Of a stretch of 64,000 bases of DNA, positions 41,021-54,398 are shown one piece after another. The notes beneath the pieces were generated by a model. That model made no database searches and was not told the DNA's origin. It saw nothing but the letters and a program-made list of their open reading frames with translations. The stretch is taken from the NCBI GenBank assembly GCA_951406725.2, contig OX597831.1, forward strand, positions 25,544,001 to 25,608,000, given 5' to 3'. The translations under genes and the position numbers were made by a program. Source of the stretch: Octopus vulgaris (Eukaryota). Every line of letters starts with the position of its first letter. Positions within the stretch are counted from its first letter, which is position 1.

Positions 41021-41287
41021 CATTTCATCAAACTATCTCCCCATCTTTTATGACTTTGTGTGTGTGTGTTTGTTTGTTTTTGTCCATCTCCATCAATTAA
41101 TGATGAGTGTTGGTTTCTTTATGACCAAGCAGTTTGAAGGAGATTGATAGAATAATTACACTATTGAAGAAAATTAGCACTGGGGTCGATTTATTCAGCT
41201 AAAACCCAACAATGCAATGCTCCAACATGGCCACAGTTTAATAATTCAGACAGGCAAAAGATAGAACAAACAAATGGGAAGTACATA

Positions 41288-41648
41288 GGTGCAGGAGTGG
41301 CTGTGTGGTTAGTAGCTTGCTCACCAACCACATGGTTCTGGGTTCAGTCCCACTGTGTGACCCCTTGTGAATAGATTTTGTAGACCGAAACCAAAAGAAG
41401 CCCATCGTATATATATATATATTTGTATATGTTTATGTGTGTAGTTGTGTTTGTCCCTTTCCACCTTCACTTGACAACCAATGTTGGTGTGGTTACATTC
41501 CTGTAACTTAGTGGTTCAGCGAAAGAGACCAAATTAATAAGAACTAGGCTTACAAAGAATAAGTCCTGGGTTCGATTTGCTCAACTAAACGCAGTGCTCC
41601 AGCATGGCCACAGTCAAATGACTGTAGCAAGAAAAAGAATAAAAGAAT
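41288..41648 (+). mobile_element. SINE family A with internal deletion
   Basis: CORE-like segment missing between GTGACC and CCTTGTGA. Confidence 0.85.
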
Positions 41649-41899
41649 AACTGAAAGATATATTGACAACATGACACACGTGGGGACACACAGACAAAAA
41701 TATACACAAAGCAGTAAAGAAGAAACATATTTATTCCTCTGGCAGGACACATATTGATTGACCCATTTGTGTATCCTTCATTCGAGTATACAAGAATGAC
41801 TTAGTCAGCTGGTTTGGTTTTGTTGGTAAACAGTTTACCAAATAAAAACAAACAACTTCATAGACACGCATATCATATGCAATCTTAAACAAATACGCA

Positions 41900-42171
41900 T
41901 GTGTATACATACTTATTTAAATGTGTATCTGCATGTATGTTTGTGTGTACACATGTGTGTGTATGTATATAAATATATATATATATGTCTGTATATATAT
42001 AAGTATGTAAATATTTATATGAATGTATGTATATATATGTGTGTGTGTATACATATAGGTATACATGTATATATGTGTATATATCCATATATATATGTAT
42101 CAATATATATTTATCTATACACAAACATATATATACATATATATATATATGCAAACATATATTTACACATA

Positions 42172-42217
<46 letters not shown>

Positions 42218-42314
42218 ATGTGTATGTATACATATATATATGTATCAATATATATTTATCTATACACAAACATATATATACATATATATATACGCAAACA
42301 TATATTTACACATA

Positions 42315-42368
<54 letters not shown>

Positions 42369-42486
42369 ATGTATGTATGTATACGTATATATATATATAT
42401 GTATCAATATCTATTTATCTATACACAAACATATATATACATACATATATACACAAACATATTTACACATATATACATACATACAT

Positions 42487-42522
<36 letters not shown>

Positions 42523-42525
42523 CAA
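41900..42525. repeat. TA-rich tract with ~140-160 bp higher-order repeats
   Basis: ATGTATCAATAT.TATTTATCTATACACAAACATAT occurs three times. Confidence 0.88.
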
Positions 42526-43695
42526 ACAGATATTTTATGACACATTAATTTTCGACCATTATTTTGATATATTTGACATCTCAGTTTTTGTCATATGACA
42601 CAAATATTGAACTTTTATTTGGTTTTTGTCCAATGTGAGTGACATTATGAAAAAATGATGAATAACAAAATAGGTGTTTTTATATCGTTTTATATTTATC
42701 ATTTCACTTCTGTTTTGATCTGAAAATTACTTTCTTGTTATTGTTGTTAAGCTCTAGCTCAGCTCTGACAGAATAAACCCTTAAGCAAATGGCATTCCAA
42801 ACATTGTCCCTCTATTGGGCTTTATGTTTCTAAGAATACATTGCTTATGTCCTTTCTTTTTTTTTTTAAGATATTAGGGTTTCCTTTGAAAGGGATTGAG
42901 TTTCTATTTATAGCATATGAAAATACAAAGTATAGGATACCTCAGTTGTGAAAGCCATTGAGATAGATGTAGAATTTACCTCCTGGCGAGTTGTTGATGA
43001 AATACCATTTTCCATTTCAGTTCCCCCTTCGTGTATGTTGTTAATGTGCTTGGAAGAAACATGTTTGTTACATCATAATGTGTCTTTTGAAAATATAGAC
43101 CTTTTATATGCCAAGTCTTAAAGTATCCAATGTCTCTTAGAGTGAAGGGAATCAACTGGCATGAAGTTGAGGTTAAGACCCCCATCAAGCTGAGTTCTGG
43201 TTTTAATTGCTCAACTTCTAGAAGAAATTAGGCTTGATTGTCATGATAAGTGAAGAATTGAACATTTTGGCATTTTTCTCTTTGTCTGCGATTGAAGAAA
43301 AGTACAAGAAGGAAAGACAGAAAGAAAAGAAAGAAGGCAGGAAGAAAGAAAGAAATTGTGGTGTTGCTACTTTGACCATAAACTAATAAATGAAAATGGT
43401 TTTGTCAGGAAATGCAAGTTAATTTCTTTATCTTGATACAGAATACATCACTAACTAGCTTATACTCAATTGACAACAACACCCTTCTCTCTTTCTCTTT
43501 CTCTCTCTCTCTCTCTCTGTCAAAGAGCTAGGGTCCAAAACATTGCATTATTCACGTCTCACTAACAATTTAACTCATAGAAATCTACCACTAACCACCC
43601 TATATACTAAATGTTGCCAACACAAACTTCACCAGTTTCCTTGAGATCTGAATGTTAACCTTTAAATGGTAGAGATTCCTTAAGGTATAAATACC

Positions 43696-43925
43696 TGTTT
43701 ATTTATTACCCACAAGGGGCTAAACATAGAGGGGACAAACAAGGACAGACAGAGGGATTAAGTCGATTATATCGACCCCAGTGCGTAACTGGTACTTTAT
43801 TTATCGACCCCGAAAGGATGAAAGGCAAAGTCGACCTCGGCAGAATTTGAACTCAGAAAGTAACGGCAGGCGAAATACGTCTACTTATTTCGCCCGGCGT
43901 GCTAACATTTCTGCCAGCTCGCCGC
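43696..43925 (-). mobile_element. SINE family B with target-site duplication
   Basis: TTAAGGTATAAATACC at 43680-43695 and 43926-43941. Confidence 0.93.
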
Positions 43926-44538
43926 TTAAGGTATAAATACCACAAGGATGACTGACTCATTGTAAGCTCTAATAGCCCAGTAAAATTGCTGAGTATTTCC
44001 TTAACCAGTGGTACTGAGTTCAATTACTTCTAGTGCTATAGATAAAGAGAGAATAAAAGGGTCCCAATCAAAGTAACTTACTTCACACATATTAATGGTG
44101 ACCCTTTAACTTAATAATGATAAGCTTGTAGTAGTCACTGCTATCAGTTATAATGCTACTAAGTTCAAACATTACTCCTCCCATAGAAGTTTGTCCAAGA
44201 ATAAAGAATGAAACTCAGGTATTCTAATCAATTTCAAATAATTTTTTCAAACATATACCATTATGATTATATACACACACACATATGTATATACCAATAT
44301 CTATCTATTTATCAATCTACCTATGCACATACACACCTACCTATATCCATCTAGCTATCTCTCTATTTATATATCTATATATGCACAAACACACACATAT
44401 ATATACCTGTATCTATCTATGCATGCACACATACACACATGCACACACACACACAACACACACACACACATATTTATATCTATCTATCTGTTAATCTATG
44501 TATTTATCTGTCTACCTATGCAAACACACACATTCACA

Positions 44539-44572
<34 letters not shown>

Positions 44573-44587
44573 TGCATCTATCTATCT

Positions 44588-44915
44588 AAGGTTACCGTGG
44601 TCTTTTCCGTAGGCTTTTCTTTCCACGGGTAAACCTCACCTGTCCTCCCCGTTACACTTCATATTGACATTTCTGTGATTACGATCCCTATTGATCAACT
44701 TTTTTCCTCTCCCCTTTTCTTTTTTTTTCCCCTCTCCCCCCTTCTTTTTTTTTAAAATCCTCCCCTTTTTTTTGTCCTCTTTCTTTCCTTTTACGATCCC
44801 TTTTGATCGAAAACCAACCCTCTTTTTTTTTACCCCCAAAAGAAAAGCTCTACCTTGTAATTTGTTCTGTCTGTGTGCAGCCCTGTGTGGCTAATAAAGA
44901 AACATATCTATCTAT
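44588..44915 (+). mobile_element. probable LINE 3' UTR inserted in (ATCT)n
   Basis: Pyrimidine-rich UTR ending CAGCCCTGTGTGGCTAATAAAGAAA; ATCT repeats on both sides. Confidence 0.6.
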
Positions 44916-45258
44916 CTCTGTACACACACACACATAATGAAAATGTGGTAACAGAAATAACTCAAGAGTGCCCATTATCATGTAATAAATACAAATAAGG
45001 ATATATATTCAATACACTATGAATAAATTCTCAACTTATTGAAATTATCTCCTCTCATAGAGAAGGTATAACAATTGCTTGGTGTTAATGTGGCCAATAC
45101 TAAATGAGGGAGTTGAATCAAGAATTTCTTCAAGAAGACATGCCATTAGAGGAAAGACATTTTCTTCCTACTAAGAGGAAAGTGGTTTCTAACAGAAATT
45201 AAAACTCCAGTGATGAAGTTTAATAATAAAAATGATAAGGACTTGAGAAAATACAGAT

Positions 45259-45454
45259 CTATATTTAAGAGATGAGGAATTATGTACATTATTTACATTC
45301 GACGGATATTTGTCCTCATCTTGTTTGTTGTTAACACAGCGTTTCGGCTGATATGCCCTCCAGCCTTCTTCAGGTGTCTTGGGAAATTTCAAACCTGGGT
45401 TCTCGTTCCTAAGGTATTTTTCGATGTTGTTATTATTATTATTATTATTATTAT

Positions 45455-45486
<32 letters not shown>

Positions 45487-45654
45487 GTAGTAGTAGTAGT
45501 GTTCAGGTCACTGCTTGGAATCAAACTCGGAATCTTGGGGTTAGTAGCCCGCGCTCTTAACCACTATGCCATATAGCATAGTGGTTAAGAGCGCGGGCTA
45601 CTAACCCCAAGATCCCGAGTTTGATTCCAGGCAGTGACCTGAAAAATAATAATT

Positions 45655-45685
<31 letters not shown>

Positions 45686-45836
45686 TAACATCGAAAAATA
45701 CCTTAGGAATGAGAACCCAGGTTTGAAATTTCCCCCAAGACACCTGATGAAGCCTGGAGGGTATATCAACCGAAACATTGTGTTAACAACAAACAAGATG
45801 AGGACAAATATCCATCAAATGTAAATAATGTAAATA
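45259..45836. mobile_element. head-to-head palindromic dimer of family E (tRNA head plus HHR tail)
   Basis: 45259-45572 is the reverse complement of 45573-45836; HHR motifs at 45333-45378 (-) and 45739-45784 (+). Confidence 0.85.
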
Positions 45837-47055
45837 ATGCACTTCAGAAAATACTTTCATTTTTTTTTACTGTTTCATTTACAGATTGTATTTGCAAAAG
45901 GAGCATTATCACTTTCTTTGCCTGAAAATTGTAGTTTCTCTCAGATAATCACTTAAAAATTTACTAACATAGTCCAAGCGCAATAATAATTAGTGATATA
46001 AACAAATATATTTAATCAAGCAAGAGGAGCTGCAGCTTTTGAAACAGTTGTCCATAAATGTTTTCCTTCTCACTGATTTTGGAAAAATATTTTCACGTCT
46101 GCAGAGCAACTAACCTCTAACATTGTATATGATTATTGCTTCCTGTCCCAAACAACTATTTCAAATCTGTCATGTTTACATTTGGTAGAAGTTTTAATGG
46201 GAATATTCCACTAACTTCTTATATGTCTGCATTCAATAACAGAAGCAATGTCTATATTTATCTTCAGGCGATCTTTCCTGTGGATGACATATCTGCTATA
46301 CATAATTTTATGATAAATGATAATTTATTCATAATGTATTTCATATATTTCATTGAGTGGGTGATTTTATCAAAATATTGAATGAAGATATGATATTTTA
46401 TTATTGTAGACAAGTATAATTTACATATATATGATATATTTCAAGCTAGTAAATACAAAATTGAATATCAATAATGCACTGTGAGCATGATTGTGAATGA
46501 TTGGTGAGCAGATAAAATTGTTTATTTAACTCAATTATGGAAAGGTCAATGCCCTTTAGAATAGTTATTTAGAGTGTAATATACTCAGTTGAAAATTGAG
46601 TTTCAGTTTCAAATCTAGATGTTGGGGTTACTTTTACGGAGATGTACTTGCATAGCAAGTGATTTGATCTGAGATCGTGTGCTGAAACGAAAACAATTGC
46701 AGCGTGGAAGGTGTTTGTAAACCATTTAAGAAACACACAAAAGCCGTTCAATTCACTTCAACATTTAAGTTTAACTTGTCAAAATATTTTCGTCACTTTA
46801 AGACTGCAACCTGTTCACAGCACGGATTTTTGTCAGTGAACAGGGGTTACTTTTATTTTCAAAGAATCATTTGAAAATATATCTTGGTTGAGACCCCGGT
46901 TAGTTAGCAATGGACCCTGTAACTGCATCTGAAAAATTCCTCCCAGAAGTGTAGACCAGAATTCTTTATGGAAGTCAAGTAGTTACCCTTGCAGCATAAA
47001 TCTCGCCCCTCAATGCCAATGATGTTGTCTTGACAGAAAAGCAAAGCTCAAAATA

Positions 47056-47303
47056 CAAGGCTGGCCAAAAGTCACCTGACATCAAAACCATTTAATCAAA
47101 AAATCAAAACCATTTAATTCCAAGATTAAAACAAAAAATTATTTATGAGACTTCGCTAATAAATAGACAAATGTTGAAAAACAACTGTGATTTTAATTCA
47201 CAGTAATCAATTAAACATTCATAACTGGAATGAATAAATGAAATTGAATATCAAGTATTTATAGAATTTTGACTTACTGTCGAGTGACTTTTGGCCAACC
47301 CTG
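47056..47303. mobile_element. Tc1/mariner MITE
   Basis: TA-CAAGGCTGGCCAAAAGTCAC ... GTGACTTTTGGCCAACCCTG-TA. Confidence 0.82.
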
Positions 47304-47526
47304 TATTTTTGTTCCTGCTTAATCACAGGTTAGCTCACAATGTAAAGAGCTGGAACAAGTACCAATGGGCATTTGTTCTCACAATTCTGCTAAACCACTA
47401 CTCTAGATTGGTACTTTATTTTATCAACGTCATAAGGATAAAAGCAAAGGTGGACTTGACAAGATTTGAACTCGGAATATAAAGAGACAAAATATATTCT
47501 GCGAGGTATTTCATCTGACATTGGAA

Positions 47527-48068
47527 CATCATCATCATCATCATTTAAAGTTCGTTTTCCATGCTGGCATGGGTTGGACAGTTTGACTGAGGTCAGGAGA
47601 GCCAGTGGCTTCACCAGGCTCCAATCTGATCCGGTAATGTTTCTACAGCTGGATGCCCTTCCTAATGCCAACCACTCCAAGAGTGTAGCTGGTGCTTTTT
47701 ATGTGCCACTGGCACAGCAGCCAGTTAGGTGGGCCTGGCATCGATCACATTCAGATAGTGATTTTTACATGCTGCCAGCACAGGAACCAGTCAGAGGGTA
47801 CTGGCATCTGCCACGTTTGGAGGGTGCTTTCTACATGTTACCAGCATGGGAGCCAGTCAGATGGACCTGGCATCAACCACATTCAGATGGTGTCTTTTAC
47901 ATGCTACCAGCTTGGGATCCAGTCAGGGGACACTGTCATCGACCACTTTCGGATGATGCATTTTACATGCAACCAGGATAGGAGCCAATCGGGGGGGGGG
48001 CACTGGTCACAGCTATGATTTTGGTTTTATTTGACTCATCTGGTCTTCTCAAGCATATCATATCGCCT
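47527..48068 (-). mobile_element. RTE 3' UTR with five 66 bp internal repeats
   Basis: Units start at 47691, 47757, 47823, 47889, 47955. Confidence 0.82.
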
Positions 48069-48147
48069 GACACATCTAGTGTAGGCAATCCATCACCTAA
48101 AGACTGATCAATAAAAATGTTATTATAACAGTTCTTATGTTTATACT

Positions 48148-48327
48148 ATGTGGCTGTATGGTAAGTAGATTGCTTACCAACCACATGGTTCTGGGTTCAG
48201 TTCCACTGCATGGCACCTTGGGCAAGTGTCTTCTACTACAGTGTCGGGCTGACCAAAGCCTCGTGAGTGGATTTGGTAGACAGAAACTGAAGGAAGCTAG
48301 TCATATATATGTATATGTATATATATA

Positions 48328-48382
<55 letters not shown>

Positions 48383-48610
48383 GCGTGTGCATGTTTGTGT
48401 GTCTGTGCTTGTCCCCCCAACATCACTTGATAACCGATGCTGGTGTGTTTACATCCCCGTAACTTAGTGGTTCGGCAAAAGAGATCCCGATAGAATGAGT
48501 ACTAGGCTTACAAAGAATAAGTCCTGGGGTCGATTTGCTCGACTAAAGGCAGTGCTCCAGCATGGCCACAGTCAAATGACTGAAACAAGTAAAAGAGTAA
48601 AAAAAGAGTA
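48148..48610 (+). mobile_element. SINE family A
   Basis: As above. Confidence 0.92.
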
Positions 48611-49550
48611 AATAAAGCGTATACATAATAATGTGGTGAAGTAATTGCTTAACAGTATTTGGATTTCTTCCTTTTCGTTTTCAGTTCAAACCTTGATTGG
48701 ATCAAATTCATCCCTTGTTATGCTCCTTTATAATCCTGGACCAATCTATTGGCATTTTCCTATTACAAAATTCTGGCTCTCTACCAAATGAAAATCAATG
48801 AGTAATTTAAGGCATTCCCGTTAAACAAGTTATTCACAGGAATAAGTGTGGAAAAAAATTACACCTGTTATTTTAAAGAGTTTATTTACAAAGATTTTTG
48901 GGGGTGTTTTTATAATTTTTTTTTTTACAATTTTATTTTATTTCACCACGTATTTGCTTTATTTGGTGTCATTTCCTCTCCCCACTTGTAAAGTTCTCGC
49001 CAACTAAAAGTAAAAATATAAAAACAAACAAACGAAAACAAAGAGTAAAATACAAGATTATTTGTTCCTTCATTAGACATGTAAACAGCAGTGTGTGTGT
49101 GTATCTGTGTGCGCTCACCTGTTCTTGTGTGCTGCATGTGCAAATGTTCAGGTGTGCTGCAATGTTAAACATGCCAAGCTGTTGTTAATGTTAATGAAAA
49201 TACCTTACATCAGTTAGCTAGACATTGGCAGTGAACCATGTCAATATAACATCACATATTGCAATCTTTGCCACCACCACCACCACCACCACCACCACTA
49301 TCATTTTCATCAGCATCATCATCATCATCACCATCATCACCAAGTGTTACTGCTGTTGCAGCTCTTGATGGTTTTGCTTCTTAACACTTACAATTGCATT
49401 CACTGCGGTTCTCTCCCTTGATGCAGTCAGTGTTGGTCAAGCGCAGTCAACAGGCATTGAAGAAACCTGTAACTCAGAACACACACTGTTGGAACACAGC
49501 CTTTGATTGCTGTTTCAAAATGAAGCCAAATTAACTTTTTATTTGTAAGA

Positions 49551-49944
49551 CTAGCAGTATCGCCCGGCGTTGCTCGGGTTTGTTTTCTTTTCGACCCTTT
49601 AGAATTGGAATTTTTGAAAAGTAAAAATTTTGCATTATGTAGCTTGTAATTCTCTTTAAGTGAACATTTTTTTGGTTGAAATACACCGAAAAATGGCGAC
49701 ACAGCAGTCAAAAACTTGTAAAAAATAGGGGTTTTCATAGAAAAAAAGCACCTTTTTGATGAAAAGTTTTTGGTCTTAACATGGTCCGATTTGAATTTTT
49801 TCTTCTACGGAAGGAAGAGCAAGCCTTCTTCTATCATACTCTCAATTTTGGTCAACTTGCACTGCAGGGTCTCAGAGGAGATAGTGTTAGTTGAAGGCTA
49901 CCAAACCTGCCACACACAGACAACTTCAGCTTTATATATATAGA
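49551..49944 (-). mobile_element. non-autonomous Helitron
   Basis: Minus strand starts TC and ends CCCG(AGCAACGC)CGGG hairpin + CTAG; inserted between A and T with no TSD. Confidence 0.8.
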
Positions 49945-50339
49945 TTTGTTGTCCTACAGATTTTTTTTCAGACCCGTGGTTCTTGTTATAAAGATGGTAC
50001 AGAGTTTATTAAGAAAGATTTGACCACCACATTGAACAAGTCATGAAGCAACAGAAAAGCAGGCTTGTTTTAGAACAATCTGAAACAGTTCATAAAATAA
50101 AACAAGATATTTCCAGTAAAATCGTTTATTTTGTGATATGACTCCTTTTTCTTGTATTTTAGATATTCCTGTGTTTTACTCACATAGCTATGCATGACTA
50201 ACGTCTGATGACTTAAAAGTCTGTATTATAAACCATCATTGAGTCAGTAATATTTTAGTGAATAATAGACTTGTAGGAGAATCAGAGATGACCAAGAAAA
50301 CAGGTTGAGATGAACTATCAGTAGATGATATTTCAATGA

Positions 50340-50935
50340 CACACACACACACACATTTGATGGGTTTCTTTCAATTTCTTATTTCTTTATATTGCCCACA
50401 AGGGGCTAAACATAGAGGGGACAAACAAGGACAGACAAAGGAATGAAGTAGATTAGATCGACCCCAGTGCATAACTGGTACTTAATTTATCTGCCCCAAA
50501 AGGATGAAAGAGAATGTCAACCTCGGTGGAATTTGAACTCAGAATGAAGCAGGTAGATGAAATACCTATTTCTTTACTACCCACAAGGGGCTAAACATAG
50601 AGGGGACAAACAAGGACAGACAAAGGGTTTAAGTCGATTACATCGACCCCAGTGCATAACTGGTACTTAATTTATCTACCCTGAAAGGATGAAAGGCAAA
50701 GTCGACCTCGGCGGAATTTGAACTCAGAATGTAATAGCAGATGAAATACCGCTAAGCGTTTTGCCCGGCGTGCTAACGTTTTTACCAGCTCTTTCAATTT
50801 CTGTCAACAAACTCTACTGACAGGCTTTGGCCAGCTCATGACTATAGTAAAAGACACTTGCCCAAGGTGCCATACTGTAGCACTGAACCCAGAACCATTA
50901 GGTTGGGAAGCAAACTTCTTACCACACAGCCATGC
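50340..50935 (-). mobile_element. family A SINE with two tandem family B SINEs (about 50388-50791) nested
   Basis: CTTTCAATTTCT on both sides of the B dimer. Confidence 0.82.
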
Positions 50936-51351
50936 CTGCTTGTCTGTGATGAAATCCCCCAGAAGAAAAAGACTTATGCTGTTCACTAACAATATACAAA
51001 AGTTCTCCTCTGGACGCATATTCACACTGAATATGTTGATTATCATTTAATAAGATTCATTAGGTGGTTTTATAGTCAATAAATTTTCAATTAGATTAAG
51101 AATCTCATCTCTAATTAGAATATAGCGAGGCCAATTTCTGTTATGGCATATTGAAGATGATCAGCCTTTTATAGGCTCCACACGCTAATCTGTAATGATT
51201 AGTCACTTTACTTATCATGTGAGTTTTGAACATTGGTTGAGTCCTGTGCTTTGATTGGTTGAGTATTGGGCAGGATTTTGATTGAAGATCCAATCATATT
51301 ACATGTAGTACATTCTCAAACAACAAATCTGAATGTGCTCTGGAGCCTGTC

Positions 51352-51452
51352 CTCACAAGGCTTTGGTCGGCCTGAGGCTATAGTAGAAGACACTTGGTCA
51401 AGGTGCCACGCAGTGGGACTGAACCTGGAACCATGTGGTTGGTAAGCAAGCT
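51352..51452 (-). mobile_element. family A SINE 5' fragment
   Basis: CTCACAAGGCTTTGG...GGTAAGCAAGCT. Confidence 0.8.
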
Positions 51453-51859
51453 GTGCAAAATTCATTTGCCCCAGATGTACCACACAAAAGACAAAAATCT
51501 CCAGTGGTAACCCATTTCATGAAAGTGACTGAGTTCAAAGAATTTCATCAGTCACTGGATTCTTTGCATGATGGAGTCTTGTACAGGTGTGAAAGTAAAT
51601 CAATATTATATCAATGCTTAGATAGGTTTCCATTCTTGCATATTTTAGAGACCCTTTTAACACTGGAGTTAATTACATAACCTCAATCTATATTAATTAG
51701 ATTAGATGAGCCACAACTGGTGTGAATGATGTCAAATTTAATCTAAATATATAAAACCATGGCATGTTGCAGTTACTGCTCATTCTTCTTCTAACCGAAT
51801 GAAGCTTGCACAACTGTCACCTTTGTGATATCAATTTGGAAATGTGTCACTGTCACATA

Positions 51860-52376
51860 TATCATCATCATCATCACCATCATCTTCAGTAGCAACAGCA
51901 GGCCTTCTATCATATTAATCACCATCATCATCATCAGCAGCAGCAGCAATAGCATCATTTTCTTCACCTTCCTCATCACTGACACTATCATTTTCAGCCT
52001 GACCATCAGTGTTATCACTCTTTCTACCACCACCACCACCACCACCACTACCTCCTTGGCCACCATCATCATCATCATCATCATCATCACCACTATCACT
52101 ATCATCATCATTACTGCCTGCATCATCATCATCGTCATCGTTATCGTTCCCATCTTATTCACCAACACCATCATCATGACCACCACATCATCACCGCCAC
52201 TGCAATTATTACAATTGCCACAATTATTATCACAAGCACTACCACCACCACCACCACCACCATCATCATCATTAAGAGCATATCAGCTTCATCACCATTT
52301 CCTTCAAAACCAGTAACTCCATGATTACCACCACCAACACCACCAACATCATCATTATGTACGTATATATAATATA

Positions 52377-52418
<42 letters not shown>

Positions 52419-52438
52419 CATACATATATATATATGTA

Positions 52439-52471
<33 letters not shown>

Positions 52472-52475
52472 GTGA

Positions 52476-52507
<32 letters not shown>

Positions 52508-52580
52508 TTACATGTGTATATGTATATATATATGTATATATATATATTTACATATATATATGTATATATATATATATGTA

Positions 52581-52613
<33 letters not shown>

Positions 52614-52621
52614 GTAAATAT

Positions 52622-52679
<58 letters not shown>

Positions 52680-52680
52680 A
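51860..52680. repeat. (CAT/CAC)n then (TA)n low-complexity block
   Basis: Direct runs. Confidence 0.92.
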
Positions 52681-52988
52681 AACACACATACATATATATA
52701 TGTACATATATATACGTCTTTGTATGTTGATCAGTGTAAAGTAGAAGGTGAACATCTAATGACCTGAGTTCTGTTTTTATTCTTCAGTAAAATTTTTTTC
52801 CAAGGTTTTCTTCTGTTGGTGAGAGTGGAGGGGGAGGTGTTTCTTTAATTTCACACCAAAGTCAGATCTTGGAATTCATTAAAGGTGTTTTACACCTTAA
52901 TGAAAAAGTAACTGACTCCATTACATTGCAGATGGTGATTAACTGTGATAGTCTTCATCAATGCTTACATTATTTCTCTCTCTCTCTT

Positions 52989-53040
<52 letters not shown>

Positions 53041-53041
53041 C

Positions 53042-53076
<35 letters not shown>

Positions 53077-53223
53077 TATATATATATATACACATATGCA
53101 TATATGTGTGTGTATAGATAGATACACACACACACATACACACACACGCATATTCTTTAACTTTTTTACTTGTTTCAGTCATTTGACTATGGCCATGCTG
53201 GAGTACCACTTTAAGATATATAT

Positions 53224-53268
<45 letters not shown>

Positions 53269-53702
53269 TATATATATATTTATATATATATATATATATG
53301 TATAAGAGGGATGACTACAACGTGAACAACCCTTATGCTAGAAGTAGATCCGCTATGGTCTTGCCATTAAGAAATATATATATATATATAGGCACACACA
53401 CACACACACATATATATAGTGAAAAAAGTGAAAGGGGTACAGTAATCTTGCTGTGAGGAGAGGAATACCGAACGTTTTGTATATAATTCTTCATCAGAGT
53501 GTAGAGACAAAGAGAAGTTGAAGAAAGACAAACAGAGTTTACATCCACTCACCTTGAATTTAGTGATTTGTATGCTGTATGGTGGCATGTATAATTTTCA
53601 TCTGTGTTTCTCCTATATTTGTTTTAGGAAAGCAGAGTTTAGCTTCCATGTGCAGTTTCATTTAGGATAAAATCCTATATTTTAATTACATATATATATA
53701 TA

Positions 53703-54008
53703 TATTTCGTTTTTGGATTTGATTTGCAAGATTCTTTATATGAGTTTGTGTGTTGAAGCATATTCTGTTGTGTCTGGGGAGAATCATTTTCTTTTTGTGC
53801 CTTATAATTTAACACACACACAACGGTAAAATTTCCACTTATTTCTTATTTTTATTTTCCTAAAAGAGTGTCGAGACTATTGAAAAGATTGCAAGATGCA
53901 ACAAAAATTTTAGGAAAATAAAAATAAGAAATAAGTGGAAATTTTACCAGTGAGTGTGTTAAATTATAAAGCACAAAAAGAAAATAACTCTCCCCAGACA
54001 CAACAGTA
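53703..54008. mobile_element. palindromic element family G in (TA)n
   Basis: Arms about 53765-53864 and 53905-54007 are inverted. Confidence 0.78.
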
Positions 54009-54359
54009 TATACATATATATTTATATATATACTTAAACAAAAGACATCCTTTGATATGGATCCCATGCCACCAGTGAACAGTAAACAGTCACATGATTT
54101 CTTGTTTGGTTTCATGATTTCTCTTAAACTTGAAATTAAATTTGTATTTTTAACTCGAAAATGTTCTTTCTCTTTTTATTAGCCTTTAAGGCTAATCACA
54201 CAAAATATGTTGTTGTTTTTTTTTCTTAACTTCACACTCTGCAGCAATAAAAAAATAATGATGATGACAATGATGTTGATTACAACAACAATGATGATGA
54301 TGATGATGATGATAATGATGAACCCAAATAATGTATTTTTTCCTTACTTTTAATCATGT

Positions 54360-54398
54360 CTAACACAATTTTCTTTTTTCTTTTAATTACAGGTAAGT
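54360..54398 (+). promoter_or_regulatory. candidate recursive splice site
   Basis: CTAAC branch point, T/C tract, then ACAG|GTAAGT. Confidence 0.6.

Noticed and set aside
45573-45642. tRNA gene (ACT anticodon-like loop)
   Set aside because: Acceptor stem incomplete and fused to a repeat body; it is a SINE head, like the heads of families A, B and D
47466-48018. 171 aa repetitive ORF / CRISPR-like periodic array
   Set aside because: Whole 66 bp units are homologous (no unique spacers), they lie in an RTE 3' UTR, there are no cas genes, and the context is eukaryotic
51525-51556. CTGATGA (minus strand) as a hammerhead
   Set aside because: No stem II-GAAA-UH arrangement; the same applies to CTGATGA at about 30558 and 50205
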